NCBI RefSeq assembly: GCF_006345805.1
Contig: NC_043006.1
Location: 17,670,001 to 17,734,000, forward strand
Source of the DNA: Octopus sinensis
Lineage: Eukaryota
Reading direction: 5' to 3'
Length of the DNA stretch: 64,000 nt
This document shows, one piece after another, positions 39,388 to 52,410 of this stretch. Each line of letters begins with the position of its first letter. The first letter of the stretch is position 1. The notes under the pieces are model-generated. The model was not told the DNA's origin. It saw only the letters and a program-made list of their open reading frames with translations, and did no database searches. The position numbers and the translations under genes were made by a program.

Positions 39388-39904
39388 TTATATATATAGA
39401 GAAGGAAAATAGAAAGAAAGTTGACATAAAAGGTACAAGATAAGAGTACATACTAGGTTTTGTGGCAGGAAATGAGTAAGGGAAATCTACACATACACAC
39501 AATGAAAAAGAATCATTGAAGCAGAGGAAGAGAAGGAGTAAATGATAGTGGTTATGAGAAGAATTATAAGGATAAGAAAATTTATATTTAATTTTGTTTT
39601 AAGTTAATATTTTTTGTCTTTTGCTCCTGCATGGCCACAGTCAAGTAAAAGAATAAAAGAATTTCATTATTTTATATAAACGACAAGAAATTTGATAAAA
39701 GTTAAATCATAACTTTTTTAGCCATATTTCCTGATATTATCCAAAAGTATACTTCCAAAGTTACCCATTATATGACGAGTTAGACCTTTATATTTTGATC
39801 AAATATAAAATGCTTATAAATGTGATATACAATGAATCATGGACAAGATGCTCCAAAAAGGGAGAAGATTGAGAAATATTTCCCTGAGTAAAGCATGACA
39901 TTAA

Positions 39905-41030
39905 CCCTTTCGTTACTGTATTTATTTTGAGAAGTTCTGTGTTTCTTTCAATTATTCTAAACTAGCAGTATCGCCCGGCGTTGCTCGGGTTTGTAAGGGA
40001 AATAACTATATATGCATTTTTAGAGAGTTACAGCCAAAAAGTAGCAAAAAAATGCATTAAAAATGGAAAAAAAATTATGGTAATTTTTTTTTAAATCGTT
40101 GACTCACCGTAGACATTTTTAGAGAGTTACTTCCCTTATATAATAGTGAAAAAATGCATTAAAATGGAAAAAAAATGATGGTAAATTTTTTTTTTAAATC
40201 GTAGACTCATCATAGACGCACGCTAATACCCAGAAGGGCTCGATATGAATCACGACTATAAGATACCCGGTTTTGGTTAAACTGCACCGCAAAATGTGGG
40301 AGTAGTTAGGAATCTAAATCGTAGGAGACAGACACACAACCTTACTTTTATATATAAAGACTAGCAGTATCGCCCGGCGTTGCTCGGATTTGTAAGGGAA
40401 ATAACTATATAAGCATTTTTAGAGAGTTACTTCCCTTATAAATTCGGGCTTTCTTAGCCATTTTTGTTTTGGTGTCTTCAAGCCATGAAGTCGTTGTTCT
40501 AAAAGAACGCTGGTTTCCTTCACAACGCATTACGACGTTGATTTCTTTACACTCCCTTCCCCACAGCTTCACGAGGGAGGGAAGGGGGAGAAGCAAACGG
40601 GTGCAGCTGTGAGCGTGGACGCCAACTCCGCCGCCATCGACATATGATGCATTTTATGCATTAAAATGGAATAAAAAATGATGTTAAATTATTTTTTAAA
40701 TCGTAGACTCATCGTTGACGCGCGCTAATAGCCAGACGGGCTCGATATGAATCACGACTATAAGATACCCGAATTTGGTTAAACTGCACCGCAAAATGTG
40801 GGAGGAGTTAGGAATCTAAATCGAAGGGGACAGACACTCACACAACTAGAGTTTTATATATATAGATATAACAAAGAATTTAGTAAAATAACTTAGTTAT
40901 CATTCAGCTCGTGTTAGGAACATAAATTGTTGACTAAGGTTTGGTGGAAGATTTTAATTCAAAATTTAGGGAAACAAAACATTTGTACTCAGAGCTAGAG
41001 CTGGTTTCAGCCGGGTTGGTAACGAAAGGG
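39905..41030. mobile_element. piggyBac-type MITE interrupted by the Helitron dimer
   Basis: TTAA-CCCTTTCGTTAC ... GTAACGAAAGGG-TTAA: perfect 12-bp TIRs with TTAA duplication. Confidence 0.85.
39962..40866 (-). mobile_element. Tandem head-to-tail dimer of non-autonomous Helitron
   Basis: Minus strand A|TC...CCCG(AGCAACGC)CGGG hairpin...CTAG|T. Units are 40361-40866 and 39962-40360, joined CTAG|TC with no host bases and no TSD. Confidence 0.85.
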
Positions 41031-41107
41031 TTAAATTACACCAATGAATATTTAAAAAGGGTGGTGGGTGGTAGGTGAGCAGTGTTAAGTGTACTTTTGA
41101 AATATTG

Positions 41108-41340
41108 AAAAATGACAGGTGGTTGGGATTATCAATTTGTCAAAAACGGGTTACAAAGGATTATGGATTTACCAAAACTGGTCGTACAGGATAATTAATT
41201 TTGCTGAAATGGGTCAGAGTAGGTAATTCATTAATTTTCCGATATGGATCGCAGAGGATTATTTCCAAAATGGGTTATAAAGGATTATTGCTAAAGTGGG
41301 ATGTACATGATTACTGATTGACCAGGCTGGATTGCGACAG
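41108..41340. repeat. Degenerate 25-35 bp tandem array (aaa-yggg...aggatta units)
   Basis: About seven units, e.g. aaaacgggttacaaaggattat and aaaatgggttataaaggattat. Confidence 0.6.
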
Positions 41341-41444
41341 TAGAGTTTTGGTTTAAATCTTAGGATAAATACAGTACATTAGGTAAATACTATGTCTAGT
41401 CATGCATTTATATTTTTACTTGGTTGGTCTGGTAGATTTATCCT

Positions 41445-41775
41445 TTACTTGTTTCAGTCAGTAGACTGCAGTTAGGCTGGTGTACCACCAAGCAGAATAT
41501 TTAGTTGAATGAGTCAACCCCAATCAGTCTCTTTTGCCAAACCACTAAGTCATGGGGATGTAGACATACCAACAAAGACACACATTTATATAAATACACA
41601 CACACACACACACATACACGAAGGCTCCTTTCAGTTTCTGTCAACTAAATCCACTCCAGTGACTTTGGTCAGCCTGAGGATACAGTAGAAGACACTTACC
41701 CAAGGTGCCATACAGCAGGATTGAATCTAAAACCATGTAGTTGCAAAGCAGGCTTCTTAACTATGCATCCATGTC
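41445..41775 (-). mobile_element. SINE family A, diverged
   Basis: Reverse similarity to family A. Confidence 0.7.
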
Positions 41776-42437
41776 TATTTCTACACACACACATCAGAAT
41801 GGGATGATTGGGTAGCAACTGTTGAATTGACATGGCTGAGTAGATATTGAACCTTTCTGGCAACAGTACTTTTTGGTGCTGGAAGCACTGGTGTACACAC
41901 ACACACACAGGTGGGGAGGAGAGAATAAGAGGAACAAATAAATTGGCATTGAATCAACAATGCCAAATAGGCACGTGTGTGTCCCCGTGTTTCTTGTCTT
42001 AAAACTGTGCATTGGTTGTAAATGAGTGTCACCATCATAAGCAGTGTCGTTTCATTTCTAGTCTTCTATTTAAGCAAGTCATGCCAAGGAGAAATATTAG
42101 GTTGCTTGGAAACAGGCAAGGGTTGGCTTCAGGAAGAGCATTCATTTGTAGAAAATCTGTTTCAGTGAATTTCATCTGACCCATGCAAGCATTGGAAATT
42201 AGACCTTATGATGACAATGTCTATTACAAATTAGATGCATTATAACCTTTATTGTAATCAAAACAATTATAATATTTAAATTCTAAGAACAGAAAAAAAA
42301 AGAGAGATAAGAAAGAAAAAGAAAAGAAAAAAAGGAGTTGAAATAGTAGAAGTTGAAGGAGGAAGGGGCAATGGGCCACACACCCCAGAAAAAATGGTCT
42401 GCTCAGCTCTGTGGTAATGACAGTAATTGTGCTACCA

Positions 42438-42674
42438 TAAGGTGGCGAGCTGGCAGAAACGTTAGCACGCCGGGCGAGATGCTTAACGGTATTTCGCTTG
42501 CCATTACGATTTGAGTTTAAATTCCGCCGAGGTCGATTTTGCCTTTCATCCTTTCAGGGTCGATAAATTAAGTACCAGTTACGCACTGGAGTCGATATAA
42601 TAATCGACTTAATCCGTTTGTCTGTCCTTGTTTGTCCCCTCTGTGTGTAGCCCCTTGTGGGCAGTAAAGATATA
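42438..42674 (+). mobile_element. tRNA-head SINE family B with 16-bp TSD
   Basis: ggtggcgagctggcagaaacg head; central gcctttcatcctttcagggtcgataaattaagtaccag block (resembles the recalled Meta/MESC SINE domain, unverified); TSD agtaattgtgctacca at 42422-37 and 42675-90. Confidence 0.9.
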
Positions 42675-43286
42675 AGTAATTGTGCTACCACAGAGAATGG
42701 TCAATGACTTGCTGCGGCAGTCACTTCACCCCATGGGGATCATTTCTCCAACAGGTTGCCATTATCCCTATTTTGCAGAGTAAATCAGTAGAACGGAGTC
42801 CAAGAATACCTGACAACCTAATGGCAACTGACAGCAGCTGGTCAGACCCCTGTGTTTATTGATTGTTCTCTCCTCTGCATTATGCATAAGTGTAGATTGT
42901 TGATGTGTTGCGTAGGCTGGGAATGAATTGTAGAGAGTTGTGGTTCTGGAGATGAAGACCTTGCAGAATAATTCTCATGGCACTTGATTTTAATTTAAGA
43001 TACATTCTGCTGAACAAAATGATTAACTTTACTTGCAATTTAGGAAAAAATGTAATTTACATATTCAAACCAAAACTTTGAATCTCTTAGGAATGCATTC
43101 AGTGTGTACAAAACAGACTTTCAAATTTTGCTGTTTAGACAATGTATATTCATCAACATCATCCTCATTTTAACATCCACTTTTCCATTCTTGCTTCGGG
43201 CAGACAGAATTTGTTGAGGCAGATTTTCTATAGTCAGATGCCATTCCTTTTGCCAGTACTCACCTGTTTCCAAGCAAGGTTCTATC

Positions 43287-43527
43287 ATCACAACAGACAT
43301 CCACTACAAAAAAACTGACACACACCAATATTTAAATTTCCACTCCTGCCACCCATCCCACACAAAATGAAACATCCCATATAGCATGGCAAGACGAATA
43401 TGTAGCATAGTAACTGATTCACAAATACGACTAATAAGACTAGATGAACTTACAAACTTCCTCCTAGAGCAAAAATACCCCCTTAAACTAATAGAAAATG
43501 GAATCACAAGAGCATTGAAACTAGACA
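43287..43527 (+). pseudogene. Penelope-like retroelement RT C-terminal (thumb) fragment
   Basis: ITTDIHYKKTDTHQYLNFHSCHPSHTK*NIPYSMARRICSIVTDSQIRLIRLDELTNFLLEQKYPLKLIENGITRAL, the typical PLE post-RT motif. One in-frame TGA (likely CGA decay). Confidence 0.85.
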
Positions 43528-43640
43528 CAACTCAGGACACCCAAATGTTCAGACATAGTTTCATGAAAGCTTGGAAATAGACACCTGTTGTATGATGGTG
43601 ACATCATTTACAATTGTCAATATGAGGTGATACGCATGTA

Positions 43641-43670
43641 CACACAGAGACACAGACACACACACACACA

Positions 43671-43718
<48 letters not shown>

Positions 43719-43733
43719 TGCACACACACACAC
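43641..43733. repeat. (CA)n microsatellite
   Basis: Direct reading. Confidence 0.98.
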
Positions 43734-44050
43734 TCAAAACGAGTTTCTTTCAGGTTCTGTCTACCAAGGTTTCCATTGGCATGGGGTTTTTATTAAAAGA
43801 TACATCCTTGAGGTACCATGCAGTGGGGCTGAACCCAAAACCATGTAGTTTGGAAGCAAACTTGTTAACTACAGAGCCATGCTTGTGTGTTTATTGTTTT
43901 ATGTAGATTTCGAAAGAATTATTTCGTCATTTTGAATTAGATGTTTGCGAGAGAGAGGGGTGTGGTGAGGGAGAAAGAAGGACAGGGAAAGATGTATTTT
44001 ACAAATGTTTGTATGTATCAACATACATCACCAAATATATTACATGGGAA

Positions 44051-44117
44051 ATATATATATATATACATACACACACACATACATATATATATATTTATAT
44101 ATATACACATACACACA

Positions 44118-44152
<35 letters not shown>

Positions 44153-44168
44153 ACACACATACACACAC

Positions 44169-44207
<39 letters not shown>

Positions 44208-44302
44208 CACACACGTGTGTATATATATATATATACACATACACACGTGTGTATATATATATATACACATACACACACATATGTATATATATACACATAC
44301 AC

Positions 44303-44365
<63 letters not shown>

Positions 44366-44400
44366 TACATACATATACATATATATATATATATATATGT
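44051..44400. repeat. Compound (TA)n/(CA)n microsatellite
   Basis: Direct reading. Confidence 0.98.
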
Positions 44401-45341
44401 ATTTCCATTTGAATTGGATAATGTACATTACTGTGTTTATGTTATTAGCTTCCACAGTATGAAATGTAAGAAGTGAGCCCAGGAATAGGCAGCCTCGTAA
44501 TAGATGCTGTAAAGCGTTTCATATAGCTTTATATTGTTCGTACCTGTCGCAGAATATGTGCAACTGTATGTATTTATGCGTGTACTGGTGTATTGCGCTT
44601 ATATATATGCATGTATGTATGTATGTATGTACGTGCATTTGTGTATGTGTTTGTGTGTGTCTGCTCAATATGTGTGTAATTACTCCAGGCAGAACAACAA
44701 ACATTTGTTCAGGCAATCTCATAGACATTGTTCTTTATGGACGTGGCAGTGAAATCTCTTCTGATTTAGAAGTGCTGCCATTGAGTTGCAGTTGGATTAA
44801 ATATGATTGTTCATGAAAGCATATTTTTCATGCTGAGTATCACATAATTAATAAGAATTTTTTTTCTATATATATATATATATATATATGGTTGCGGGCA
44901 TGTCTGGCCATTATTTATCTTGTTGTCTGGTTCAAGTTTGAGGATGCAAGCTGATTAAAAAATAACATTAAATAGAAAAAAAAAAAGCACATTTTCATAA
45001 GCTTTTCCCTTCATGTTTTACTGAAACTATTTTTAAAATTGAATCAGTCATATGTGATATAATACTTCAGTATTTGGAGAAAGAATCATCTTTGAGATGC
45101 AATCTGCTTTTTTTTAAGAATAAGTGTTCGTTTGGAGAGATCCTAAGTGATAGCATTTGTGGCTTTAGTTAGGTGTTGCTTATGATTAACCTTTACTGCA
45201 TAGGAACTGAATATATTTGGTTCCATGCACATATACTGTAGACACAGGAGGCAAGTTGGCTCATTTTTGATAGTGAAGTGCTTGCTGGAATTATAGTGAA
45301 GTGAAGTTCTTGCTGGAATTCTCTGCACTTCATGAGATCAT

Positions 45342-45590
45342 CATCATCATCAATTAACGTCCGTTGTCCATGCTAGCATGGATTGGACGATTTGACTGAG
45401 GTCTGGCAAACCACACTCCAATCTGATCTGGCAGAGTTTTTACCGCTGGATGCCCACCTAACGCCAACCACTCCGAGAGTGCAGTGTGTGCTTTTACGTG
45501 CCACCGGCACGAGGGCCAGTTCAGTGGTACTGGCAACAGCCATGTCCAAATGGTGCTTTTTACGTGCCACCTGCACAGGAGCCAAGTAAA
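45342..45590 (-). mobile_element. Family C
   Basis: Reverse similarity to family C. Confidence 0.85.
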
Positions 45591-46678
45591 CATTATTTTC
45601 ACTGGGCAATCAAAAGTGGCTACAAGAACTCGTTTGCATATAGTTAACAAAAATTTAATCAACACAATGGGAGTTAGGAGTGGTTTAAGTGCAATAATGT
45701 TTTGTGATATGTGTCGTGTTAGTGGGGTTTTGTTTGCTGTTGAAGGGGACAAGATTGACACAATCCCATTATGATCATTATCATCGTCATCATCATCATC
45801 ATAAGTTCCATGTCAGGTTGCTTCTTGTCTGTTATTGTTGAGGATGCATTAAGAAAAGTGGTTTGGCAGAATTGTTGGAGCATCGAAATAAATGTTTTGT
45901 GGTATTTCTTCTAATTCTTTACATTCTGATCTCAACTCCCTCAAAAGTCAACTTGACCTTTCATCTCTCTGCTGGTCAAGGAAATAAAGTACTTTGAAAT
46001 TTCTAGCCTTCTGTCTAAATCGAAAACCATTCTTGAGGGTTCATTAATTTTAGATGATGCAAAGAATAAGTAGAAATGCCTTGATGATAGACGTTGCTGA
46101 GTAGATTCACTGTTGAATCTCACAGGTATATCTTCCATTGTCTTATCTAAACACTTTTGATTTGGTCAAGAAAAATTAGTGTAGATCTTACATGTCTGGC
46201 ACCAAACATGTGAACAAAAGTGTTGAAACCACATTTTAATTGGTTTTTGCATTTTGATTGTAAATTCTATACATAAGTTCATTTTCTTCCTTGTGTCCAT
46301 ATATCTCATGAAAACACATTCCCTGTATATTTTCATCCTTTAGCATTCAGATTACTCTGTCAAATGTAAGGCTTATTTATCCACATTGTTTTGAACTTAA
46401 CATACATCATCTTTAGCTTTGAGATTTCAGTGATCTGATTGTTCGTTTTTAGAAAGACATTGTAGGTCAGGTGTGAGAGACCTGATCTCGCCAGTTTGAA
46501 CATAAAAGAGGTAGAATATTTTGGGCCTAATATGGCTGGTTTGAATATTAAAGTGTTAATTAGTGTTCAAAAAGTTAAAATTTATAGGAATTTTGTAAAA
46601 TATATAACTTTTTGTTTTATAAGTTATTGGCAGAACATAACAAAAAATTCTTGTATTAAAATCATGCAGGAAGGCTGG

Positions 46679-46838
46679 TTAGGAGTGACTGTGTAGTAAG
46701 TAGCTTGCTTACCAACTACATGGATCCAGGTTCAGTCCCATTGCGTGGCACCTTGGGCAAGTGTCTTCTACTATAGCCTTGGGCCAACCTAAGCCTTGTG
46801 AGTGGATTTGGTAGACGGAAACTGAAAGAAGCCTGTCG

Positions 46839-46871
<33 letters not shown>

Positions 46872-47043
46872 TTTTGACAACCAATGTTGGTGTGTTTACG
46901 TCCCCGTAACTTATCAGTTCGGCAAAAAGAGATTGATAGAATAAGTACTAGGCTAACAAAGAATAAGTCCTGGAGTCGATTTGTTCGACTAACGGCAGTG
47001 CTCCAGCATTGCCACAGTCAAATGATTGAAACAAGTAAAAGAA
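46679..47043 (+). mobile_element. SINE family A
   Basis: Near-consensus copy. Confidence 0.9.
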
Positions 47044-47205
47044 CGTAATTTTGTGTCTTAAAATGAAAAGTAGTCACAGACAGGTTAGTTTCCAGTGGCC
47101 CAATCTACCACATATATTCACATGGATACACTTAAAGGCCCAAGTACATCATTTTTATTACAACATACTACTGTACCTTTATGAAGATTGCTTTTCTTTG
47201 ACAGC

Positions 47206-47241
<36 letters not shown>

Positions 47242-47593
47242 CTGTGAGTTTTTTGTAGGCATAAAATAGTGATACTTTAAAAAATTTGCTAATGCTCTTT
47301 GAAAGGTCAAAAGTTTTTATTTTACAGGCTTTCAAAAGCGCTTATTAACTTATGAGGAAGAAACAACTATGACTGGCATGTTAGCCCAGTCCTACTGACT
47401 TTCTTGGGTGGGTGACAATGTATCGCCTAGTTTAACACCACTCACCACTTGGCTCTGGGGGAACTGAGGATATGTTAACGGAGTTCACTTTGTTGCAAGC
47501 TTTTGCATTAGGTCTCTTATCCAACCATAGCTTCCTCCTATGGCTTTGTATTGTAGGGTTCTGTGGTTCTCTAAATATGGCTAGGTTATTAGC

Positions 47594-47817
47594 TATTTCT
47601 TTATTACCCACAAGGGGCTAAATATAGAGGGGACAAACAAGGACAGACAAAAGAATTAAGTCGATTACATCGACCCCAGTGCGTAACTGGTACTTAGTTT
47701 ATCGACCCTGAAAGGATAAGTCTACCTCAGCGGAATTTGAACTCAGAATATAACGGCAGACGAAATACCACTAAGCATTTCGCCCGGCGTGCTAACGTTT
47801 CTGCCAGCTCGCCGCCT
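47594..47817 (-). mobile_element. SINE family B with 18-bp TSD
   Basis: TSD tatggctaggttattagc at 47576-93 and 47818-35. Confidence 0.92.
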
Positions 47818-48192
47818 TATGGCTAGGTTATTAGCATTCAAAAGTATGTCTGAGAATTTTCGTGTTCTTTTGCTTTTTTATGATATTGACATGGACTCAT
47901 TTAGACTCGAAGGTATTCCTATAATATCTTCCTTTATAACCTTAATATATATGAAATTTCCATAATTGCCATATTTCATAGATTACCTTTTAGCTATTTC
48001 CAGGTAACTCTTTATTTTTGTTGTGCATGGTATATACCGGCAGTTCTTTCAGTTGGCTCTTTAATATTCATGACAAAATTTACATAATTTCATATGGTAA
48101 AATGCTAAATGCCAGGAGAGATGGCCAACTGAATTTCAGAATTGAATTGCCTACTCATTACCATGAATTCAAATTCACTTCTGATGCTTTAA

Positions 48193-48406
48193 CCTTTTCG
48201 ATACCTACTTAGCAGAAACCGCCTCTGGCTCTTTAGTTACAAACATCTTGTTTTCATAAGTTCTGAATTAAAATCTTCCACCAAAATTTATGTTCCTAAC
48301 ACTAGCTGAATGATAACTAAGTTATTTTGCTAAATTCTTTGTTATATTTAAAATTAATTGAAAGAAACACATTGAGCATCTCAAAAGTGATATGGTAACA
48401 AAAGGG
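48193..48406. mobile_element. piggyBac-type MITE (same family as 39905)
   Basis: ttaa-ccttttcgatacc ... ggtaacaaaaggg-ttta. Related copies near 2774-3077, 3437-4017, 15293-15516, 15809, 27128, 37380-38080 and 50691. Confidence 0.7.
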
Positions 48407-49792
48407 TTTATGATGTTTCTTATAAAGCCAGTTTATTCAACATCATCTTAGTCCACCTGTCCATTAAGAGTAAAAGTTCACTACTCACCTCAGTTCACCT
48501 TATGGTTAGATCCGGTTGTTGATTGCTTGTCTTTAAAAGTTTATTCCATTTGAATTTCAATATTTGTTGAATTTGTAGCCCCACAGTATATGAATACATT
48601 GTTAATCCTGTAACCGTTTATGTTCAAGGAGTGTAAGTAACAGTTGAGAGCCCTGACCTGCCTGTTTTCTTAAAAAGAAATCACTTTCAACTTCCATCAA
48701 GCTTTACCTGAATAACATTCTGTTATTAATAATTTGTTGCATGCATAGAGAGCAATGAAAAATCAAAACAGTGACATAGCAAAAATGACATGACATATTC
48801 ACTCTTAAGAAGTTTGTCTCCATAGACAAAATACAACTGTGATTAATGTGTTCACATTCAAATCTGACAGAACATATTGAGAATGATTATGGATGCCATT
48901 ATTCTTTTATTGCACTCACTGCAATGCCTTTTCTTGTTTCATATAATATAGATCTTTTGTTGCGAGATGGCTTTTAATGAACAATTTAGATGTGTTCTAA
49001 GTTACATAATGCTCTAACTATGTGATCACTATAAATGAATCGTTTGTTTGTTTGTTTTTTGTGTGTTTGTTTAAAAACTAGATCATGTTTATATATGATT
49101 GTTTTTCTAAACCAAGGCAAAAGAAAAAAATAATAATTCATAGTTACAAGAACTTCTTTAATTTTATTTACTATTTATTTTACAGTTTTTTTTAAAGATC
49201 ATTTGTTAATAAATGTATCAAAAACTTTTTTTTTTTTTATCGTTAACTGGCAGTTTAATTACTTAGAGTTAAATCCTCTTTTTAGTCTGCTTCATTAGGT
49301 ATCCATATTGCTTTTGTTTTGTATTGTTTTCCACTCACTTTTATGTCTTCCTTTAAAATAACATTTTCAAGATCTATAAAATAGATTGTTTTTCAAAAAG
49401 CAACATAATTTATTGATTCCAATTAATAACTTTGAAACTCTCCATCATTGATGCTAACATCAATTTTTTAACATATTATTAAACATTTTGTGCTTGTTTT
49501 TTTTTTTGTTTTTTGGGGTGGGCTGGCAGTATTGTCTTTATTTTTTGTTTTTGTTTTTTGTGGTAATTCTTAATGTTGAAAATCTTTGGATATTATAGTT
49601 TATATCAGTTTTTATTTGTCTTTAAATGTTAAACTTTGAATTATAACTGTAAAAGGTTCTAATCAAGAAATTTTCTACATGCAAGTTTTTCAAGGTATAC
49701 CTTTAGATGGCTGCTTGCTTTTTATCCTGATTTCTTTTTTTTTCCTCTCCTTTGAGCAAAATCTTAAATTATGTCTTTTTATTTTCTTTTAG

Positions 49793-49872
49793 TGCCAGCG
49801 AGCTTGGATTGAGAGAGTCTTTTGTAAACGGGAATGTATTAGATTTATTCCCAGTTCCAGAGATCACTCAAA
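49793..49872 (+). CDS. TRPM: TRPM channel (TRPM1/3/6/7-like) internal coding exon, 80 nt, phase 0 to phase 2
   Basis: Acceptor ttttctttt-AG at 49791-92, donor GTAAGA at 49873. Translates CQRAWIERVFCKRECIRFIPSSRDHS+AA, matching the TRPM N-terminal motif (recalled human TRPM3 [27 protein letters not shown]). Joins in frame to 54773. Paralog not resolvable. Confidence 0.95.
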
Positions 49873-50031
49873 GTAAGACTTTTTTTCTTTATTTTATTAA
49901 ATGTTAACACTGAGCAAGAGAACTTTTACTGACTTGCATCTTACTTGCTTTGGAATAATTTGTGGGTCACTCTACTTTAAACTTCCATTGGTTTCTGCCC
50001 TTTCCCTCTAATTTTTTTTTAGATTTTGATA

Positions 50032-50426
50032 TACTCTTTTACTTGTTTCAGTCATTTGACGGCGGCCATGCTGGAGCACCGCCTTTAGTCGAGCAACTCA
50101 ACCCCGGGACTTATTCATTGTAAGCCCAGTATTTATTCTATCGGTCTCTTTTGCCGAAGTGCTAAGTGACGGGGACATAAACACACCAGCATCGGTTGTC
50201 AAGCAATGCTAGGGGGACAAACACAAACATACACACACACACACATATATATATACATATATACGACGGGCTTCTTTCAGTTTCCATCTACCAAATCCAC
50301 TCACCAGGCTTTGGTCGGCCCGAGGCTATAGTAGCAGACACTTGCCCAAGGTGCCATGCAGTGGGACTGAACCCAGAACCATGTGGTTGGTAAACAAGCT
50401 ACTTACCACACAGCCACTCCTGCGCC
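50032..50426 (-). mobile_element. SINE family A, full length
   Basis: Near-consensus reverse copy 160 nt downstream of the 80-nt TRPM exon. Possible ttttgata TSD. Confidence 0.9.
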
Positions 50427-50969
50427 TATTTTTTTTGATAATCTCTAAAAATGTTCCTGATTATAATGACATTTTTTGTGTCTAAGAAATTAGAACTCTT
50501 CATGGGTGTATTTAGGGCACTGATTCCAAAGACACCATTCTTATTCCCATCATCTCTAGCTTTGATGATACACCATAACTCTTTATAGTTTAGGGACCAC
50601 ATTTGCATTTTATATTTTAGTACCTTAGAAACAAAGCCCATTCTTGCTTTTTTTGGAATGCTGTTTCAAAACATGGCATCAGCTCCTAATTAACCCTTTT
50701 GTTATTATATTTCTTTTGAAATTCTCTGCCTTTGTTACAGTTATTTTTGAAAATAATGAAGAATTTAATAAAACAACCTCATCATTATTAAGCTAGTGTT
50801 TGGAACATAAATTAACATAAAATATTGGTGGAATGTTTTAATTCTAATCATTTTAATCCAACATTTTGTTACAAAATTGGCAGTATTAATGCTATTAATA
50901 TATTAAATGTTATTAAAGCAACTACTTATCATTAATTCAATTTGTTTCTGTTCCGAAAATGAGAATAAA

Positions 50970-51385
50970 TTGCTGAACAAAGGCAATATCTACTTTGGCT
51001 ACTTATACCGTAATTTTCATGGTCTGAGCATCGGAAAATCTAAAGCTGGGGATTTTGATTGTCATCAGATTAAAGAACTTATAAAAGATCCCTATTTCCT
51101 AGGTCCAGCGGATCACACTGAGTTCTGTGTATAATATTTGTTTGTTTTAATTGTTAATTAACCTTTTTGGAAACTATAAGGCAGGCAATTTTAATAGACT
51201 TGGCTGTAACATGAGCATCAAGGTCCTCTACTTTCACAATCAATTAAATTGCTTTCCACAGAAGTTTGAGGATTTAAGCAAAGAGCAATGAGAAAGATTT
51301 CATCTGGATATAAAAACAATTAAAAGGAGGTACAAAGGAAGTGGAGGTATATGTATAACAACAGATTACAGATAGAACCTTAAAT
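50970..51385 (+). pseudogene. Degenerate DNA transposase C-terminus, probably Chapaev(-3)-type
   Basis: YLYRNFHGLSIGKSKAGDFDCHQIKELIKDPYF ... LGCNMSIKVLYFHNQLNCFPQKFEDLSKEQ*ERFHLDIK matches the recalled KAGIFDGPQIR / LGCNMSxKxHFLHSHLDFFPENLGxVSDEQGERFHQDI family. Contains deletions and stops. Superfamily name is from memory. Confidence 0.75.
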
Positions 51386-51534
51386 GAGACTCGTAGTAAA
51401 TCTCTCTTTAGAAAGTTCTATAATTGAAGCTTCCTATGCATTGAATGAGTGATCATTTTATATTTCACTTTTGTATTTGGTTTACAAGATTTTTTTAATA
51501 TGAAATTTAGTATTGATGCAGACTTTTTTTAGTT

Positions 51535-51850
51535 GTGATACTTGTGCCGGTGGCACATAAAAAACACCATCCGAATCGTGGCCGATGCCAGCGCTGCCTT
51601 GACTGGCTTCTGTGCCAATGGCACGTAAAAAGCACCAACCGATTGTGTCCACTGCCAGCCTCCCCTGGCACCTGTGCCGGTGGCACGTAAAAAGCACCCA
51701 CTACACTCATGGAGTGGTTGGCGTTAAGAAGGGCATCCGGCTGTAGAAACACTGCCAAATTAGACTGGGCCTGGTAGAGACCCCGGTCGAACCTTCCAAC
51801 CCGTGCTAGCACAGAAAACAGATGTTAAATGAAGATGATGATGATGATAA
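51535..51850 (+). mobile_element. Family C
   Basis: Three VNTR units plus tail. A further fragment lies at 52130-52330. Confidence 0.85.
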
Positions 51851-52410
51851 GGGGATGATTATGCCCATAATAAACACATGTACTGGTTCTGTTTCATTTC
51901 TTTTATTATAAGTCAATAACATGATCTTTGAATGTTGTGCCTCACAGAAGTGATGACTTATGACCGAGACCTTTGGTAATATGTTGTGCTCAAGAAGACT
52001 CATCAAACCAAGTGAAATCTCAGTCATGGCTGTTGCTGGTAGAATGATCTTCAAATGTTGAGCCTTATGAAGGTGATGACAAGTGACTGAGACCTTGATG
52101 ATATGCTATGCTTGAGAAGACTCAACAAGCCAAGTGAAACCGTAGTCGTGGCTGTTGCCAGTGTCATGTGAATGGCACCCATGCAATCGTAATTGTGGCC
52201 ATTGCCAATGTCATATAAATGGCACCTGTGCCAGTGGCTCGTGAAAGCACCCATTCCAAATCCTAGTGCAGTACTCCGGCTTATCAGTTCCAGTCAAACT
52301 GTTTAACCCATGCCAGCATGATGATGAATGACAAATGGAGTGAAATAGAGCCACTGCATGTGTTTATTTGCAGCATAATGACCCACCCAAGATACAACAC
52401 AACCATTTTA

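Noticed and set aside
42755-42828. 10-bp inverted repeat gttgccatta / taatggcaac
   Set aside because: Short, with a non-complementary interior and no TSD; not distinguishable from chance.
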